In this document: piece by piece, positions 9,270 through 18,506 of the stretch | Position numbering within the stretch: the first letter of the stretch is position 1 | Layout: the number at the start of each line of letters is the position of its first letter | DNA from: a virus | Lineage: Duplodnaviria; Heunggongvirae; Uroviricota; Caudoviricetes | IMG/VR virus record: IMGVR_UViG_2565956620_000003 | Length of the DNA stretch: 37,546 nt | Reading direction: 5' to 3' (one strand) | The notes under the pieces: model-generated | Seen by the model: only the letters and a program-made list of their open reading frames with translations | Told to the model about the DNA's origin: nothing | The model's database searches: none | Translations under genes and position numbers: made by a program

Positions 9270-9300
9270 CCGGAAAGCATTGTGCTTTCCGGTTTTGTTT
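9270..9300 (+). terminator. Rho-independent terminator after the repressor gene
   Basis: 9-bp perfect stem CCGGAAAGC / GCTTTCCGG with loop ATTGT, followed by TTTTGTTT; sits between the convergent repressor and methyltransferase genes. Confidence 0.6.
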
Positions 9301-10064
9301 CAGAAGTTGCAGATTAGCAGTTCACGGCGCGGCGTGGGTTTACCCGCCAGACTGTAGTTGATATTCACTGTCTGTATGTTCAGTCCAGTGAACACCTCGC
9401 GCATCTGCGGGATGTCGTTCACCGAAATTATCATTTTTCCTCTGATGCACCGGGCCAGCTCTGCCAGCCGCGAGTAGTTCCCTTCAGGAAAATCCACACC
9501 ATAGCCTTCCGTACCCAGGTACGGTGGGTCGCAGTAGAACAGCGTGTGCGGACGATCATAACGCTCAATGCACTGTTGCCAGTCCATGTGTTCTATGACT
9601 GTTCTGGAAAGCCGCAGGTGTGCCGCTGACAGTTCTTCTTCAATACGTAGCAGGTTGAAGCGTGGCGGGGATGTGGTGGAGGTACCGAAGCTGTGCTCTG
9701 CCACCTTGCCGCCAAACGCCTGCTTCTGAAGGTAGTAGAACCGTGCCGCACGCTGGATATCCGTCAGTGTTTCTTCCGGGGTGATCTGCAGCCATTTGTA
9801 GATCTGACGGCTGACCAGCGCCCATTTGAACTGGCGGACAAATTCTTCCAGGTGATGCTTTACCACCCGGTACAGATTCACCAGTTCACCGTTGATATCA
9901 TTGATGACTTCGATCTTGCCGGGTGTCTTAAGAAAATAGAGCGCTGCTGCCCCACAAAACGGCTCCACATAACATTCATGCGCCGGAAACAGCGGCAGAA
10001 TGTGTTTTGCAAGGCGGCGTTTGCCACCAATCCACGGCACGATGGGTAATGTCTGCATTTTCAT
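9300..10064 (-). CDS. Dam-family N6-adenine DNA methyltransferase (orphan)
   Basis: N-terminal PWIGGKRRLAKHILPLFP motif and catalytic DPPY motif (FYCDPPYLGTEGYG). Start placed at ATG 10064 (MKMQTLPIVPW); the track ORF extends to 10154 without support. No adjacent restriction endonuclease gene. Confidence 0.85.
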   Translation of the reverse strand: MKMQTLPIVPWIGGKRRLAKHILPLFPAHECYVEPFCGAAALYFLKTPGKIEVINDINGELVNLYRVVKHHLEEFVRQFKWALVSRQIYKWLQITPEETLTDIQRAARFYYLQKQAFGGKVAEHSFGTSTTSPPRFNLLRIEEELSAAHLRLSRTVIEHMDWQQCIERYDRPHTLFYCDPPYLGTEGYGVDFPEGNYSRLAELARCIRGKMIISVNDIPQMREVFTGLNIQTVNINYSLAGKPTPRRELLICNF

Positions 10065-10254
10065 AATCTGCAAGCCTTTTACAATTATTAAAAAATATGG
10101 CAGTCTGGTCAGGTCTCGCGAGACTGACTGAACCTTGGTCGGCTCACAGCGCATTCCTGTGGGGCGATGACCAGCCCGGCTTTCGGGTGCCGGGCTGGTC
10201 GTTCTTTCATGATGCGGCAGGGATGGCGGGATTTCTGTTAATGTGGTTTAGGGA

Positions 10255-10470
10255 TTATCCGGGGCGATTTTCTGACCTTATCCGGTCCAGGGCATAAGTA
10301 ATACCTTCTGCAAAAACAGAAGTATCAAACTGCTTTTGTATTCCCTGAAAATGAAAAGCGGCACGACAGACACTCAGTTCTCCGCGGTATAACCGGATAA
10401 TATCTTCCAGAACATTGTTCACTGCTTCAGCACGGCGCTGATGTTCTGTTAACGTTAATCGGGGATTCAT
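10255..10470 (-). CDS. Hypothetical protein (71 aa)
   Basis: Strong ribosome-binding site AAGGAG 6 nt upstream of the ATG on the minus strand. Confidence 0.5.
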   Translation of the reverse strand: MNPRLTLTEHQRRAEAVNNVLEDIIRLYRGELSVCRAAFHFQGIQKQFDTSVFAEGITYALDRIRSENRPG

Positions 10471-10873
10471 GATGCACTCCTTAAATGATGATTTTTATGT
10501 ACTCACCGGCAAAATATTCTGCCGATTACTGAACACGCATCCGGCACCTCAGGTTTTGATTTATTCTGGTTTTTTCGATATCCCGGACCAGGTTGATCAC
10601 GACCAGAAAAAGTGCCGGTGTTTTATTGATACGCTGATATGGCTTCGGGATAACAGCTATATTCGTTACTCTCAGTTGCTGGCTGTGGGAGCGGCTGATG
10701 TCGTCCTCACGGAAAAAACGCTCTGTCTGCTCAATGCCATGCCGACCTTTCTGCAGCCCCGGCCCGTACCATTTAAAGAGTCACTTCTGGATGCAGTAAA
10801 AACCGGTGAAAATGCAGTCATCGCTGAATGCGTATCCCGGATTATGCGTTACGTGTTTAATGAACGTAAGTGA
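10469..10873 (+). CDS. Hypothetical protein (134 aa), uncertain
   Basis: Only long ORF filling the 378-bp gap between two minus-strand genes; its start codon overlaps the start of the divergent 71-aa gene within TCATGATG; relatively AT-rich segment. Confidence 0.3.
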   Translation: MMHSLNDDFYVLTGKIFCRLLNTHPAPQVLIYSGFFDIPDQVDHDQKKCRCFIDTLIWLRDNSYIRYSQLLAVGAADVVLTEKTLCLLNAMPTFLQPRPVPFKESLLDAVKTGENAVIAECVSRIMRYVFNERK

Positions 10874-11577
10874 GGTTTATCCGCTGTCTGCATAATCCCG
10901 ATAGCCAGTGCGAGGGGAAGTAATTCCGGGGAAACTCTTTCAAACAGCGATGCCCATTCTCCTCTCGCCATCACTCTGTCCAGCCCGCCCTCCAGTTGCA
11001 TTTCAGCAATCTTCCTGATTTCCCGGAACAACGCCGCTTTGATCTCTTCATGCTCAGCTTTATTTTCCGGTGTCAGAAGGTATTCGTCGAAGAACCGGGG
11101 AGGCTGGTTAATCGGGATGTGTTCCTGTTTGCCGTACTTCGGGGACGAACAACATTCTGTTGACTGACCAGTGAGTTTACGTAACTCCTTCATGAGCAGC
11201 TCCTGATCGTAAACTGTCATCAGTGCCGCAATGGTGGCATGCAGTGCATCGGGCAGTATCCAGGGTTGCCGGCCCGTGGGGCATATAACATCCAGCAGCT
11301 CATTCGTCCGACAGATACGCTCCTCGCCGTATGACAACAGGCCCTGTCCCGTGTATTCCTCCAGCCTGATCACTGTGCCAGCCCGTGGTTTCTGCCATGT
11401 GCTCAGATCATCCCCACTCATACGGCGCTCACCGTCCACGTCTGCGGCGTCGACAATGACGCTGTTTCCGAATTCCTGTTTCACCACTTCCTCTATTCGC
11501 GCCAGTACGTAACTTTTACCGCTGCCCACAGGACCGGACACGGTGACAGTGATGACCGGATTCAGTGTCTGCGTCAT
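10849..11577 (-). CDS. P-loop NTPase of unknown function
   Basis: 242 aa; Walker A SGPVGSGKS near the N-terminus and a candidate Walker B (SVIVDAAD); no resemblance to Mu core proteins that I can recognise. Confidence 0.6.
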   Translation of the reverse strand: MTQTLNPVITVTVSGPVGSGKSYVLARIEEVVKQEFGNSVIVDAADVDGERRMSGDDLSTWQKPRAGTVIRLEEYTGQGLLSYGEERICRTNELLDVICPTGRQPWILPDALHATIAALMTVYDQELLMKELRKLTGQSTECCSSPKYGKQEHIPINQPPRFFDEYLLTPENKAEHEEIKAALFREIRKIAEMQLEGGLDRVMARGEWASLFERVSPELLPLALAIGIMQTADKPHLRSLNT

Positions 11578-11707
11578 ATCGTATTCTCCTCTGTGAATAA
11601 TTCATCGTTTATCCTGCACATCCCGTATCCCCGGCTCTCTTAACGCGCTTTAAAATCCTTCGCGCCCTGTATTTGTGATGCTGTCTCCACCAGATAAGGA
11701 GACACAC

Positions 11708-12058
11708 ATGAAAAACCTGAAAAAATTCATTCCCCCTGTTAAAAAACCTCGCCTCAGCGGCTGGCTGCTGACCTCAGTGCTGTTGCTGGGCACCATCGCT
11801 CTGGTCTCACCACAGCAGCTGCCTGTTGTGATCTACAAGCTGGCACTCATCACGCTGGCAGCAGTGCTGGGTTACTGGCTTGACCGTTCGCTCTTCCCCA
11901 AAGCCCGTCCCGGTCAGTACCTGAAACATGACGACAGGCTGATGGCTGAAGGGCGTTTCCCGGTACAGACCGGCCTTCACCTGGTGTTTTCTGCTGCGTT
12001 AATCCGCCGTGCACTGATTGTTGCAGCGGTCTGCCTGGCTGTTGCGATGGGGCTTTAA
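11708..12058 (+). CDS. Putative holin (three hydrophobic segments)
   Basis: Ribosome-binding site AAGGAGA upstream of ATG 11708; product has about three TM-like segments and a charged C-terminus; directly upstream of the endolysin. In-frame GTG/ATG at 11675/11678 could give a longer form. Confidence 0.5.
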   Translation: MKNLKKFIPPVKKPRLSGWLLTSVLLLGTIALVSPQQLPVVIYKLALITLAAVLGYWLDRSLFPKARPGQYLKHDDRLMAEGRFPVQTGLHLVFSAALIRRALIVAAVCLAVAMGL

Positions 12059-12060
12059 TC

Positions 12061-12801
12061 ATGAACTGGCCGCAGATCACCTGGATTGTATGCATGTCCC
12101 TGAAACTGGCTTTCGAAGCCTTTCGGGTCTTCATCAGAACCGAACGCCTGTCAGTCCGCGCCGGGACCTTTCTGGTTCATATGGCATGGGTATTCTTTGT
12201 CGCAATGTTGCTCTGGTGTGGCGGCTTTTTCAGCCAGGCATGCGCAGCACAACCTCCGCAGGCTGCGCTGCAGTATCGCGATGATGTGATCCGTAATGCC
12301 CGGCTTGAATGGGGACTGTCTGCGCCGGTGGCCGATTTCGCCGCGCAACTGCATCAGGAAAGCGGCTGGCGACCTGATGCGATCTCGCCGGCTGGCGCTC
12401 AGGGACTGGCGCAGTTCATGCCTGCCACTGCCGACTGGATAAGCCAGTTGATACCGATGCTGAGCAGTCGTGAGCCGTTTAATCCGGCATGGGCTATCCG
12501 GGCGCTGGTCAGCTATGACCGCTGGCTGTGGCAGCGTGTCAGCGCCGCCAGTGACTGCGAGCGTATGGCCATGACACTGTCGGGCTATAACGGTGGTCTG
12601 GGCTGGGTACAACGGGACAGGCGGCTTGCATCACAGAAAGGTCTGGACAGCACCCGCTGGTTCGGACATGTCGCCACGGTGAATGCCGGACGCAATGCGG
12701 CCAGCTGGCGGGAGAACCGCCATTATCCGCAGCGCATCCTGCGCGAACTGGCACCGCGATATCTCACATGGGGAGGCAGCAGTTGTGTGGCATCTGGTTA
12801 A
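12061..12801 (+). CDS. Endolysin: lytic transglycosylase with N-terminal signal-anchor (SAR-like)
   Basis: SLT-type catalytic region (LHQESGWRPDAISPAGAQGLAQFMPAT); N-terminal hydrophobic stretch MAWVFFVAMLLWCGGFF; alternative start at ATG 12181. Confidence 0.8.
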   Translation: MNWPQITWIVCMSLKLAFEAFRVFIRTERLSVRAGTFLVHMAWVFFVAMLLWCGGFFSQACAAQPPQAALQYRDDVIRNARLEWGLSAPVADFAAQLHQESGWRPDAISPAGAQGLAQFMPATADWISQLIPMLSSREPFNPAWAIRALVSYDRWLWQRVSAASDCERMAMTLSGYNGGLGWVQRDRRLASQKGLDSTRWFGHVATVNAGRNAASWRENRHYPQRILRELAPRYLTWGGSSCVASG

Positions 12802-13435
12802 AAAGCTGCCGTGGCGCGGCATTCTGCTGGCCATTCTTATCAATGCCTTTCTGGTCGGCCTGTATGCCATGGGATACAGAAGTGGTCATGACTCTGCAAA
12901 GCGTGACGGTGATACCGCGCTAAGTCAGTTGCAGTCAGCATTTGACGCGTACAAAACGGAGCAGGCAACGCTTGAGAATGCTGCGCTGCGGGCCTGGGCC
13001 AGACGGTATCAGGAGCAGGTGGCCGCCGGGCAGCGGGCTGAAGCCGGTTATCTTGAGCAGATTGCTCAACTGGAGAGCCGGAACAAACAACTACAGGGGC
13101 AAATTAACGATGTCACACAGCGCTGGATTGATGAAAAAGGTAAGAGTCATCCCATTGAGTGCGTGTTTACTCGCGGTTTCGTGCGCCAGTACAACGCCGC
13201 ACTCGGATATGACAACGCATCCGTCGACACCGGTCATTCAGACTCAGTTGCCGCCACTGGCACCCGCTCTGGCACAGCGACCGGGCAACCTGAAACCACT
13301 GACACCCGGTTACGCGATTCGGGTGTCTCCCAGCGTGACGTTCTCGCCAACATCATCGACAACGCATGGCAATGTCGTCGCTGGCGGAACCAGATAAACG
13401 CGCTGCTGGATGAACGGGAAGGATTACAGAAATGA
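12785..13435 (+). CDS. i-spanin (Rz-like inner-membrane spanin subunit)
   Basis: GTG start at 12785 preceded by GGGAGG; one N-terminal TM helix (ILLAILINAFLVGLYAM) followed by a coiled-coil-rich periplasmic domain; overlaps the endolysin 3' end. Confidence 0.7.
   Translation: MWHLVKKLPWRGILLAILINAFLVGLYAMGYRSGHDSAKRDGDTALSQLQSAFDAYKTEQATLENAALRAWARRYQEQVAAGQRAEAGYLEQIAQLESRNKQLQGQINDVTQRWIDEKGKSHPIECVFTRGFVRQYNAALGYDNASVDTGHSDSVAATGTRSGTATGQPETTDTRLRDSGVSQRDVLANIIDNAWQCRRWRNQINALLDEREGLQK
13131..13397 (+). CDS. o-spanin (Rz1-like outer-membrane lipoprotein), embedded in the i-spanin gene
   Basis: Starts MKKVRVIPLSACLLAVSCAS: lipoprotein signal peptide with lipobox AVSC; Pro-rich mature region; entirely inside the i-spanin gene in another frame. 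Confidence 0.7.
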   Translation: MKKVRVIPLSACLLAVSCASTTPHSDMTTHPSTPVIQTQLPPLAPALAQRPGNLKPLTPGYAIRVSPSVTFSPTSSTTHGNVVAGGTR

Positions 13436-13758
13436 CACTGCAGGTTGAATTCTGGACGGTGGTGAGTTTTCTGCTCACCTTCATGAGGTTTGTGGGAGGG
13501 CTCGCCAAATGGTTGTTCAGTAAAACAGAAGAACGCCAGGCGGCACGATTCGCCTCCCTTGAACAGGCCCTGCAACAATCCGCCTCCAACTGGGGCGAGC
13601 TGGAAAAAGAATTTATGCGATTTAAAGCGGATTTACCGCTGAATTATGTCCGTCGAGAGGATTATATCCGTGGCCAGACAGTCATTGAGGCCAAACTGGA
13701 CGCGCTTTATAACAAACTGGAAGTGGTACAGCAGTACCGCAATACCGGAGGTCAATAA
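13432..13758 (+). CDS. Hypothetical membrane protein (108 aa)
   Basis: ATGA overlap with the i-spanin stop; N-terminal TM helix (FWTVVSFLLTFMRFVGGLAKWLF). Confidence 0.5.
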   Translation: MTLQVEFWTVVSFLLTFMRFVGGLAKWLFSKTEERQAARFASLEQALQQSASNWGELEKEFMRFKADLPLNYVRREDYIRGQTVIEAKLDALYNKLEVVQQYRNTGGQ

Positions 13759-14069
13759 TGGTCGATATTACCCGGGTACGCCGCGAATCCCTGCGCTGGA
13801 GTCTGCTGGTTGCCCTGAACAAGACCCGCCCTTACACCGCCAGCGAGACGCTGCTGCTGGATGTGTCCCGTGCCATCTACCCGGACACCACACCGCTGGA
13901 ACTGCGCCGCGAACTGGATTATCTGGCTGACCGTAAAATGGTTGAGCTGGAGAAAAAACCTTCTGGCGACTGGTTTGCTGACCTGACCCGCCTCGGCGTA
14001 GACCTGGTGGAATACACCGTGGAATGTGGTCCGGGTATTGCCCGCCCGGAAAAGTACTGGAGTGAATAA
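13758..14069 (+). CDS. Hypothetical protein (103 aa)
   Basis: Tightly packed ORF in the late operon upstream of the terminase genes. Confidence 0.5.
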   Translation: MVDITRVRRESLRWSLLVALNKTRPYTASETLLLDVSRAIYPDTTPLELRRELDYLADRKMVELEKKPSGDWFADLTRLGVDLVEYTVECGPGIARPEKYWSE

Positions 14070-14614
14070 TGGCCAGACGCAGCACAATAGAAAAGCTGCC
14101 GGAAGACGTGCGCCGCTGGCTTGAACGGGCGCTGACTGAATCCGGCTTCAGCGGGTATAACGAGCTGGAGTCACTGTTGCGTGAGCGGGGGTACGTCATC
14201 AGCAAATCCGCTATCCATCGCTATGGACAGAAGATTGAGCGCCGCTATGGTGCTATCCGTGCGGCAACAGAAGCGGCCCGCATGCTGACCGAAGGCGCAG
14301 CAGACGATCAGGATGCGCGTTCGGAGGCTGTGATAGCCCTTATTCAGACCGAGCTGTTCGAGAGTATTGTCCAGTTGCAGGAGGCGGAAGAAGGCGAAGT
14401 CGATCCTAAAGAACGCGTGGCCCTGCTGTCGAAGGTGGCGAAGAATGTGGCTACGCTGTCCCGCGCGTCCGTCAACCTCAAAAAGTTCCAGTCTGAAGTA
14501 CGGGCCAGAGCGCAGCAGGCAGCCAGCAACGCCGAGAAAATTGCCCGTAAGGGGGGACTGTCAAGCGACGCAGTACAGGCGCTTCGTCGCGAGATTCTGG
14601 GGATTGCCACATGA
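14069..14614 (+). CDS. Putative terminase small subunit (Mu gp27-like)
   Basis: 181 aa; N-terminal DNA-binding-like region; immediately upstream of and overlapping the large terminase. Confidence 0.6.
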   Translation: MARRSTIEKLPEDVRRWLERALTESGFSGYNELESLLRERGYVISKSAIHRYGQKIERRYGAIRAATEAARMLTEGAADDQDARSEAVIALIQTELFESIVQLQEAEEGEVDPKERVALLSKVAKNVATLSRASVNLKKFQSEVRARAQQAASNAEKIARKGGLSSDAVQALRREILGIAT

Positions 14615-16206
14615 CAAAATCATCCGGAGTGATTTTAAACGCCGCTGGCGGCGGCCCCGAAGGGATGAGTCCCATGGACGGGAGGAATAACCTTGCTCCC
14701 GTTTTGCCTGATACCTCGGCGCTGGATGCCCCTCCCGTTCTGTTGCCTTACCAGCAGCGCTGGGTGGCAGACACCTCTCCGCTTAAGGTGATAGAAAAGA
14801 GCCGTCGTACCGGTATTACATGGGCTGAGGCATCCGATAACGTACTGACCGCCGCCTCTTCTGCGCCAGCAGGCGGGATGAATGTGTATTACATCGCTTA
14901 TAACCAGGACATGACCGTCGAATACATTCAGGCGTGTGCGATGTGGGCACGGGCATTCAACTATGCGGCCAGTGAAATTGAAGAAGGATTCTGGGAAGAG
15001 GACGACGACGACAAACACATCAAGACTTACACCATCAAATTTCCTGACTCCGGCTTTCGTATTGTTGCGCTCTCCAGCCGCCCGTCTAACCTGCGTGGCC
15101 GTCAGGGTATTATTGTTATCGACGAAGCGGCGTTCCATGAGCAACTGGACGAACTGCTGAAAGCGGCGCTGGCGATGCTTATCTGGGGGGGAAAGGTACG
15201 CGTTATCTCCACCCATGACGGTGACGACAATCCGTTCAATACGCTTATCGGGGATATCCGTGCCGGACGTCAGGGAGGCAGCATACATCGCATCACTTTC
15301 CGGGAAGCCGTATCTGAGGGGCTGTTCCGGCGCGTCTGTCTGCGCACCGGGAAGGAATGGTCGGAGGCATCCGAGCAGGCCTGGATGGCATCGGTGTACA
15401 AATTCTACGGTGCCGGCGCATCCGAAGAGCTTGACTGTATTCCGGCCAACGGTGGCGGTGCCTGGCTGTCCCGTGCCCTGATAGAGTCCCGCATGTCCGC
15501 TGATACGCCGGTATTGCGTCTGACCTGCAAGGAAGGTTATGAACTGCTGTCTGATGAGGTTCGCTTCCGCGAGACGCAGGACTGGCTTGATGAGTATCTG
15601 AAACCATTGCTGGAGGCACTCCCCACTGATGCCCGCTCTTTCCTGGGGCGCGACTTTGGCCGTAGCGGTGATTTGTCGGTGGACTATCCCCTGCTGCAGG
15701 AGAAGAACCTGGTACGACGCGTGCCATTCGTACTGGAGCTGCGTAACGTGCCGTTCAGACAGCAGGAGCAAATCACCTGGTATCTGATGGATGGCCTGCC
15801 CGGTCTGCTGGGTGCAGCGTTTGATGCCCGTGGTAATGGTGCCTATCTGGCTGAATACGCCATGCAGCGCTACGGCTCCGGCCGGGTTCAGCAGGTGATG
15901 CCAACCGAAGGCTGGTACCGGGAGCATATGCCTCCGGTCAAAGCTGCACTGGAAGACGGCAACCTGGTGGACTTACCAAAGGATGAAGACACACTGGATG
16001 ACCTGCGGGCCGTTCAGGTGGTGAACGGTGTCCCCCGCGTACCGGAGCAACGCTCAAAAGCAAAGGCTGACGGTGGTAAACGCCACGGGGATTCAGCCAT
16101 CGCACTGGCGCTGGCGTATTTCGCCAGCCGTGAAATTAACAAAGGGCCGGTGAAGGCAAGCTCACGCCGTCGTCGTCAGGCGGCCCGTATGCTGGAGGGA
16201 TTCTGA
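14611..16206 (+). CDS. Terminase large subunit (Mu gp28-like)
   Basis: 531 aa; ATPase and nuclease-type acidic motifs (GIIVIDEAAF, VISTHDGDDNPF); position upstream of the portal. Confidence 0.8.
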   Translation: MTKSSGVILNAAGGGPEGMSPMDGRNNLAPVLPDTSALDAPPVLLPYQQRWVADTSPLKVIEKSRRTGITWAEASDNVLTAASSAPAGGMNVYYIAYNQDMTVEYIQACAMWARAFNYAASEIEEGFWEEDDDDKHIKTYTIKFPDSGFRIVALSSRPSNLRGRQGIIVIDEAAFHEQLDELLKAALAMLIWGGKVRVISTHDGDDNPFNTLIGDIRAGRQGGSIHRITFREAVSEGLFRRVCLRTGKEWSEASEQAWMASVYKFYGAGASEELDCIPANGGGAWLSRALIESRMSADTPVLRLTCKEGYELLSDEVRFRETQDWLDEYLKPLLEALPTDARSFLGRDFGRSGDLSVDYPLLQEKNLVRRVPFVLELRNVPFRQQEQITWYLMDGLPGLLGAAFDARGNGAYLAEYAMQRYGSGRVQQVMPTEGWYREHMPPVKAALEDGNLVDLPKDEDTLDDLRAVQVVNGVPRVPEQRSKAKADGGKRHGDSAIALALAYFASREINKGPVKASSRRRRQAARMLEGF

Positions 16207-17702
16207 TGGCGAGGGGTATCTGGGTTTCACCCGATGAATTTGTTGCTTTTTCTGAGCCTCAGAAATCACTGACCGCGCAGATTGCCTCCCGCAGCCGCGC
16301 GATCGACTTTTACGGACTGGGCATGTATCTGCCCAATCCTGATCCCATTCTCAAGGCTCAGGGACGGGATATCCGTATCTACCGCGAACTGCGCACCGAC
16401 CCGCTGGTCGGGGGCTGTATCCGCAGACGTAAAGCAGCGCTCAAATCGCTGGAGCGTGGACTGGAGCGTGGTCACGCCTCTGCCCGGGTCTTCCGTTTCA
16501 TCCGCGACATGCTCGACGATCTGGATCTGTCCCGCATCATCGGTGAAATGAGCGATGCCGTGCTCTACGGGTATCAGCCCTGTGAAATCATGTGGGGCCG
16601 TTCGGTCAGGTCGTGGGCGGTGACGGATATTGTCGGCAAACCGCCTGAGTGGTTTCAGTTTGATACGGACAACTGCCTGCGCTTTCGGGCGCGTGATGCG
16701 GGTGTGGAGGGTGAGCTGCTGTCACCGTCAAAATTCGTGGTGCCGGCACAGGATGCCTCGTATGACAATCCTTACGGTTTCCCGGACCTGTCCATGTGCT
16801 TCTGGCCGGTCGCCTTCAAGAAAGGCGGGATGAAATTCTGGCTCCGCTTTGCCGAAAAGTTTGGCTCCCCGTGGGTGATCGGTAAGCACCCGAGGGGCGC
16901 AAATGATGCAGAGATTGAAAAACTGCTGGACTCCATGGAGCAGATGGTGGAGGACGCGGTGGCCGCCATCCCCGATGACAGCAGTATTGAGCTCAGGGCA
17001 GCGGATGGCAAGGCAGACAGCAGCGAGGTATTTCGCGAGCTGATCACACTGTCACGCAGTGAGATCTCCATTGCATTACTCGGTCAGAATCAGACCACGG
17101 AAGCGAACAGTAACAAGGCCTCTGCACAGGCCGGGCTGGAGGTAACGGCTGATATCCGCGATGCGGATGCGGACATCATTCAGGCGGCAGTGAATCAGGT
17201 CATCAGAACGGTGGTCACCCTGAACTTCGGCGATGTGCCGTGTCCGGTCTGGGCCATGTGGGAACAGGAGGCCATTGATGACACCCGTGCCACCCGCGAC
17301 GAAAAACTCACCCGGGCGGGTCTGCGTCTGACCCCGCAGTACTTCAAGCGTGAGTACCAACTGCAGGACGGCGATATTGACGAGACACCACCGTCGGAAC
17401 GCCAGAATAACATGCTGCCGCTGTCATTTGCCGAGGCGATTGATGCTGATATTCAGGCTCAGCAGCAGCTTGACGACGCGCTGGACATTCTGATGAACGG
17501 AGGCGCGTTAAATGGCACGCTGGAACCCGTCCTGGCACCTCTGTTCAGGCGGGTCGAAAACGGGGTTAACCCGTCTGAGCTGCTGGGCGAACTGGCGGAG
17601 CTCTACCCTCAGATGAACACGGACGATCTGCAGGAGCGGCTGGCCCGCATTCTCTTTGTGGCAAATATCCGGGGACGTCTGCATGAGCGTGACAACGGCT
17701 GA
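16206..17702 (+). CDS. Portal protein (Mu gp29-like)
   Basis: 498 aa; position between terminase and the head morphogenesis gene; start overlaps the terminase stop. Confidence 0.8.
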   Translation: MARGIWVSPDEFVAFSEPQKSLTAQIASRSRAIDFYGLGMYLPNPDPILKAQGRDIRIYRELRTDPLVGGCIRRRKAALKSLERGLERGHASARVFRFIRDMLDDLDLSRIIGEMSDAVLYGYQPCEIMWGRSVRSWAVTDIVGKPPEWFQFDTDNCLRFRARDAGVEGELLSPSKFVVPAQDASYDNPYGFPDLSMCFWPVAFKKGGMKFWLRFAEKFGSPWVIGKHPRGANDAEIEKLLDSMEQMVEDAVAAIPDDSSIELRAADGKADSSEVFRELITLSRSEISIALLGQNQTTEANSNKASAQAGLEVTADIRDADADIIQAAVNQVIRTVVTLNFGDVPCPVWAMWEQEAIDDTRATRDEKLTRAGLRLTPQYFKREYQLQDGDIDETPPSERQNNMLPLSFAEAIDADIQAQQQLDDALDILMNGGALNGTLEPVLAPLFRRVENGVNPSELLGELAELYPQMNTDDLQERLARILFVANIRGRLHERDNG

Positions 17703-18504
17703 ACTGGCGTACTGCATGACGCTTCCCCCGAAGCGGGCAATCAACTACCTGAAGTCCAAAGGATATCAGATTACCTGGGACTGGGAAGAAATGTGGCAGG
17801 AGGCCCATGCCCGCGCCTTTACCGTTGCTAAAGTGACCCGCCTGGATATCCTGGAAGATATTCGCGGGGCACTGCAGCAGGCTGTCGATGAAGGAAAAAC
17901 CGATCGCTGGTTCCGGCAGGAGCTGGAGCCGGTGCTGAAGCGTAAGGGATGGTGGGGACCACGTGACACGACTGACCCGGTAACGGGTGAGCCGGTCACC
18001 ATTCAGCAGGGCAGTCCGTGGCGGCTCGATACCATCTTTCGCACCAATATGTCCGTACTCTACAGCGCCGGTCGTTGGGCGGAACAGATGGAAAACGTCG
18101 ACGACAGGCCGTACTGGATGTATACCGGCATCAACGACAGCCATACCCGCAGGAGCCATCTGGCGCTGCATGGTCTGGTGCTGCGCTGGGATGACCCGTT
18201 CTGGCAGGCATTTTACCCGCCGAACGGCTGGCGCTGCCGCTGTAGTGTTATTGCCCTGAGTGCGGCGGATGTACGTGCCCGTGGCCTGAAGGTTATCAGC
18301 TCCGGCTCTGCCATGGGCCAGGAACTGAAACTGGTCTCAGAGAAAACCGGCGAAATGCGGAACGTGGCCACCTTTAATACCGGCACCACGAAGGTGACCA
18401 CCGACGTCGGCTGGTCTTATGCTCCGGGGGCAGCATACCGTCCCGACCTGGCCCGCTATCAGGGTACGCTTCAGCCACTGGCACAACAGGAACTGAGAGG
18501 ATAA
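17683..18504 (+). CDS. Head morphogenesis protein (Mu F-like)
   Basis: ATG at 17683 (MSVTTAELAYCMTLPP...); conserved position after the portal. Confidence 0.7.
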   Translation: MSVTTAELAYCMTLPPKRAINYLKSKGYQITWDWEEMWQEAHARAFTVAKVTRLDILEDIRGALQQAVDEGKTDRWFRQELEPVLKRKGWWGPRDTTDPVTGEPVTIQQGSPWRLDTIFRTNMSVLYSAGRWAEQMENVDDRPYWMYTGINDSHTRRSHLALHGLVLRWDDPFWQAFYPPNGWRCRCSVIALSAADVRARGLKVISSGSAMGQELKLVSEKTGEMRNVATFNTGTTKVTTDVGWSYAPGAAYRPDLARYQGTLQPLAQQELRG

Positions 18505-18506
18505 CA

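Noticed and set aside
9131-9361. 76-aa plus-strand ORF after the repressor gene
   Set aside because: Spans the intrinsic terminator hairpin and the 3' end of the convergent methyltransferase gene.
10097-10297. 66-aa plus-strand ORF upstream of the methyltransferase
   Set aside because: Trp/Gly-rich low-complexity translation spanning the palindrome and hairpin of an intergenic region; more likely regulatory DNA than coding.
12942-13130. Upstream part of the track ORF 12942..13397
   Set aside because: The lipoprotein signal peptide starts at the internal ATG 13131; the upstream residues are Arg-rich read-through with no start context.
14635-15927. 430-aa minus-strand ORF
   Set aside because: Antisense to the large terminase gene; low-complexity, Gly/Arg-rich translation typical of a reverse-strand artefact.
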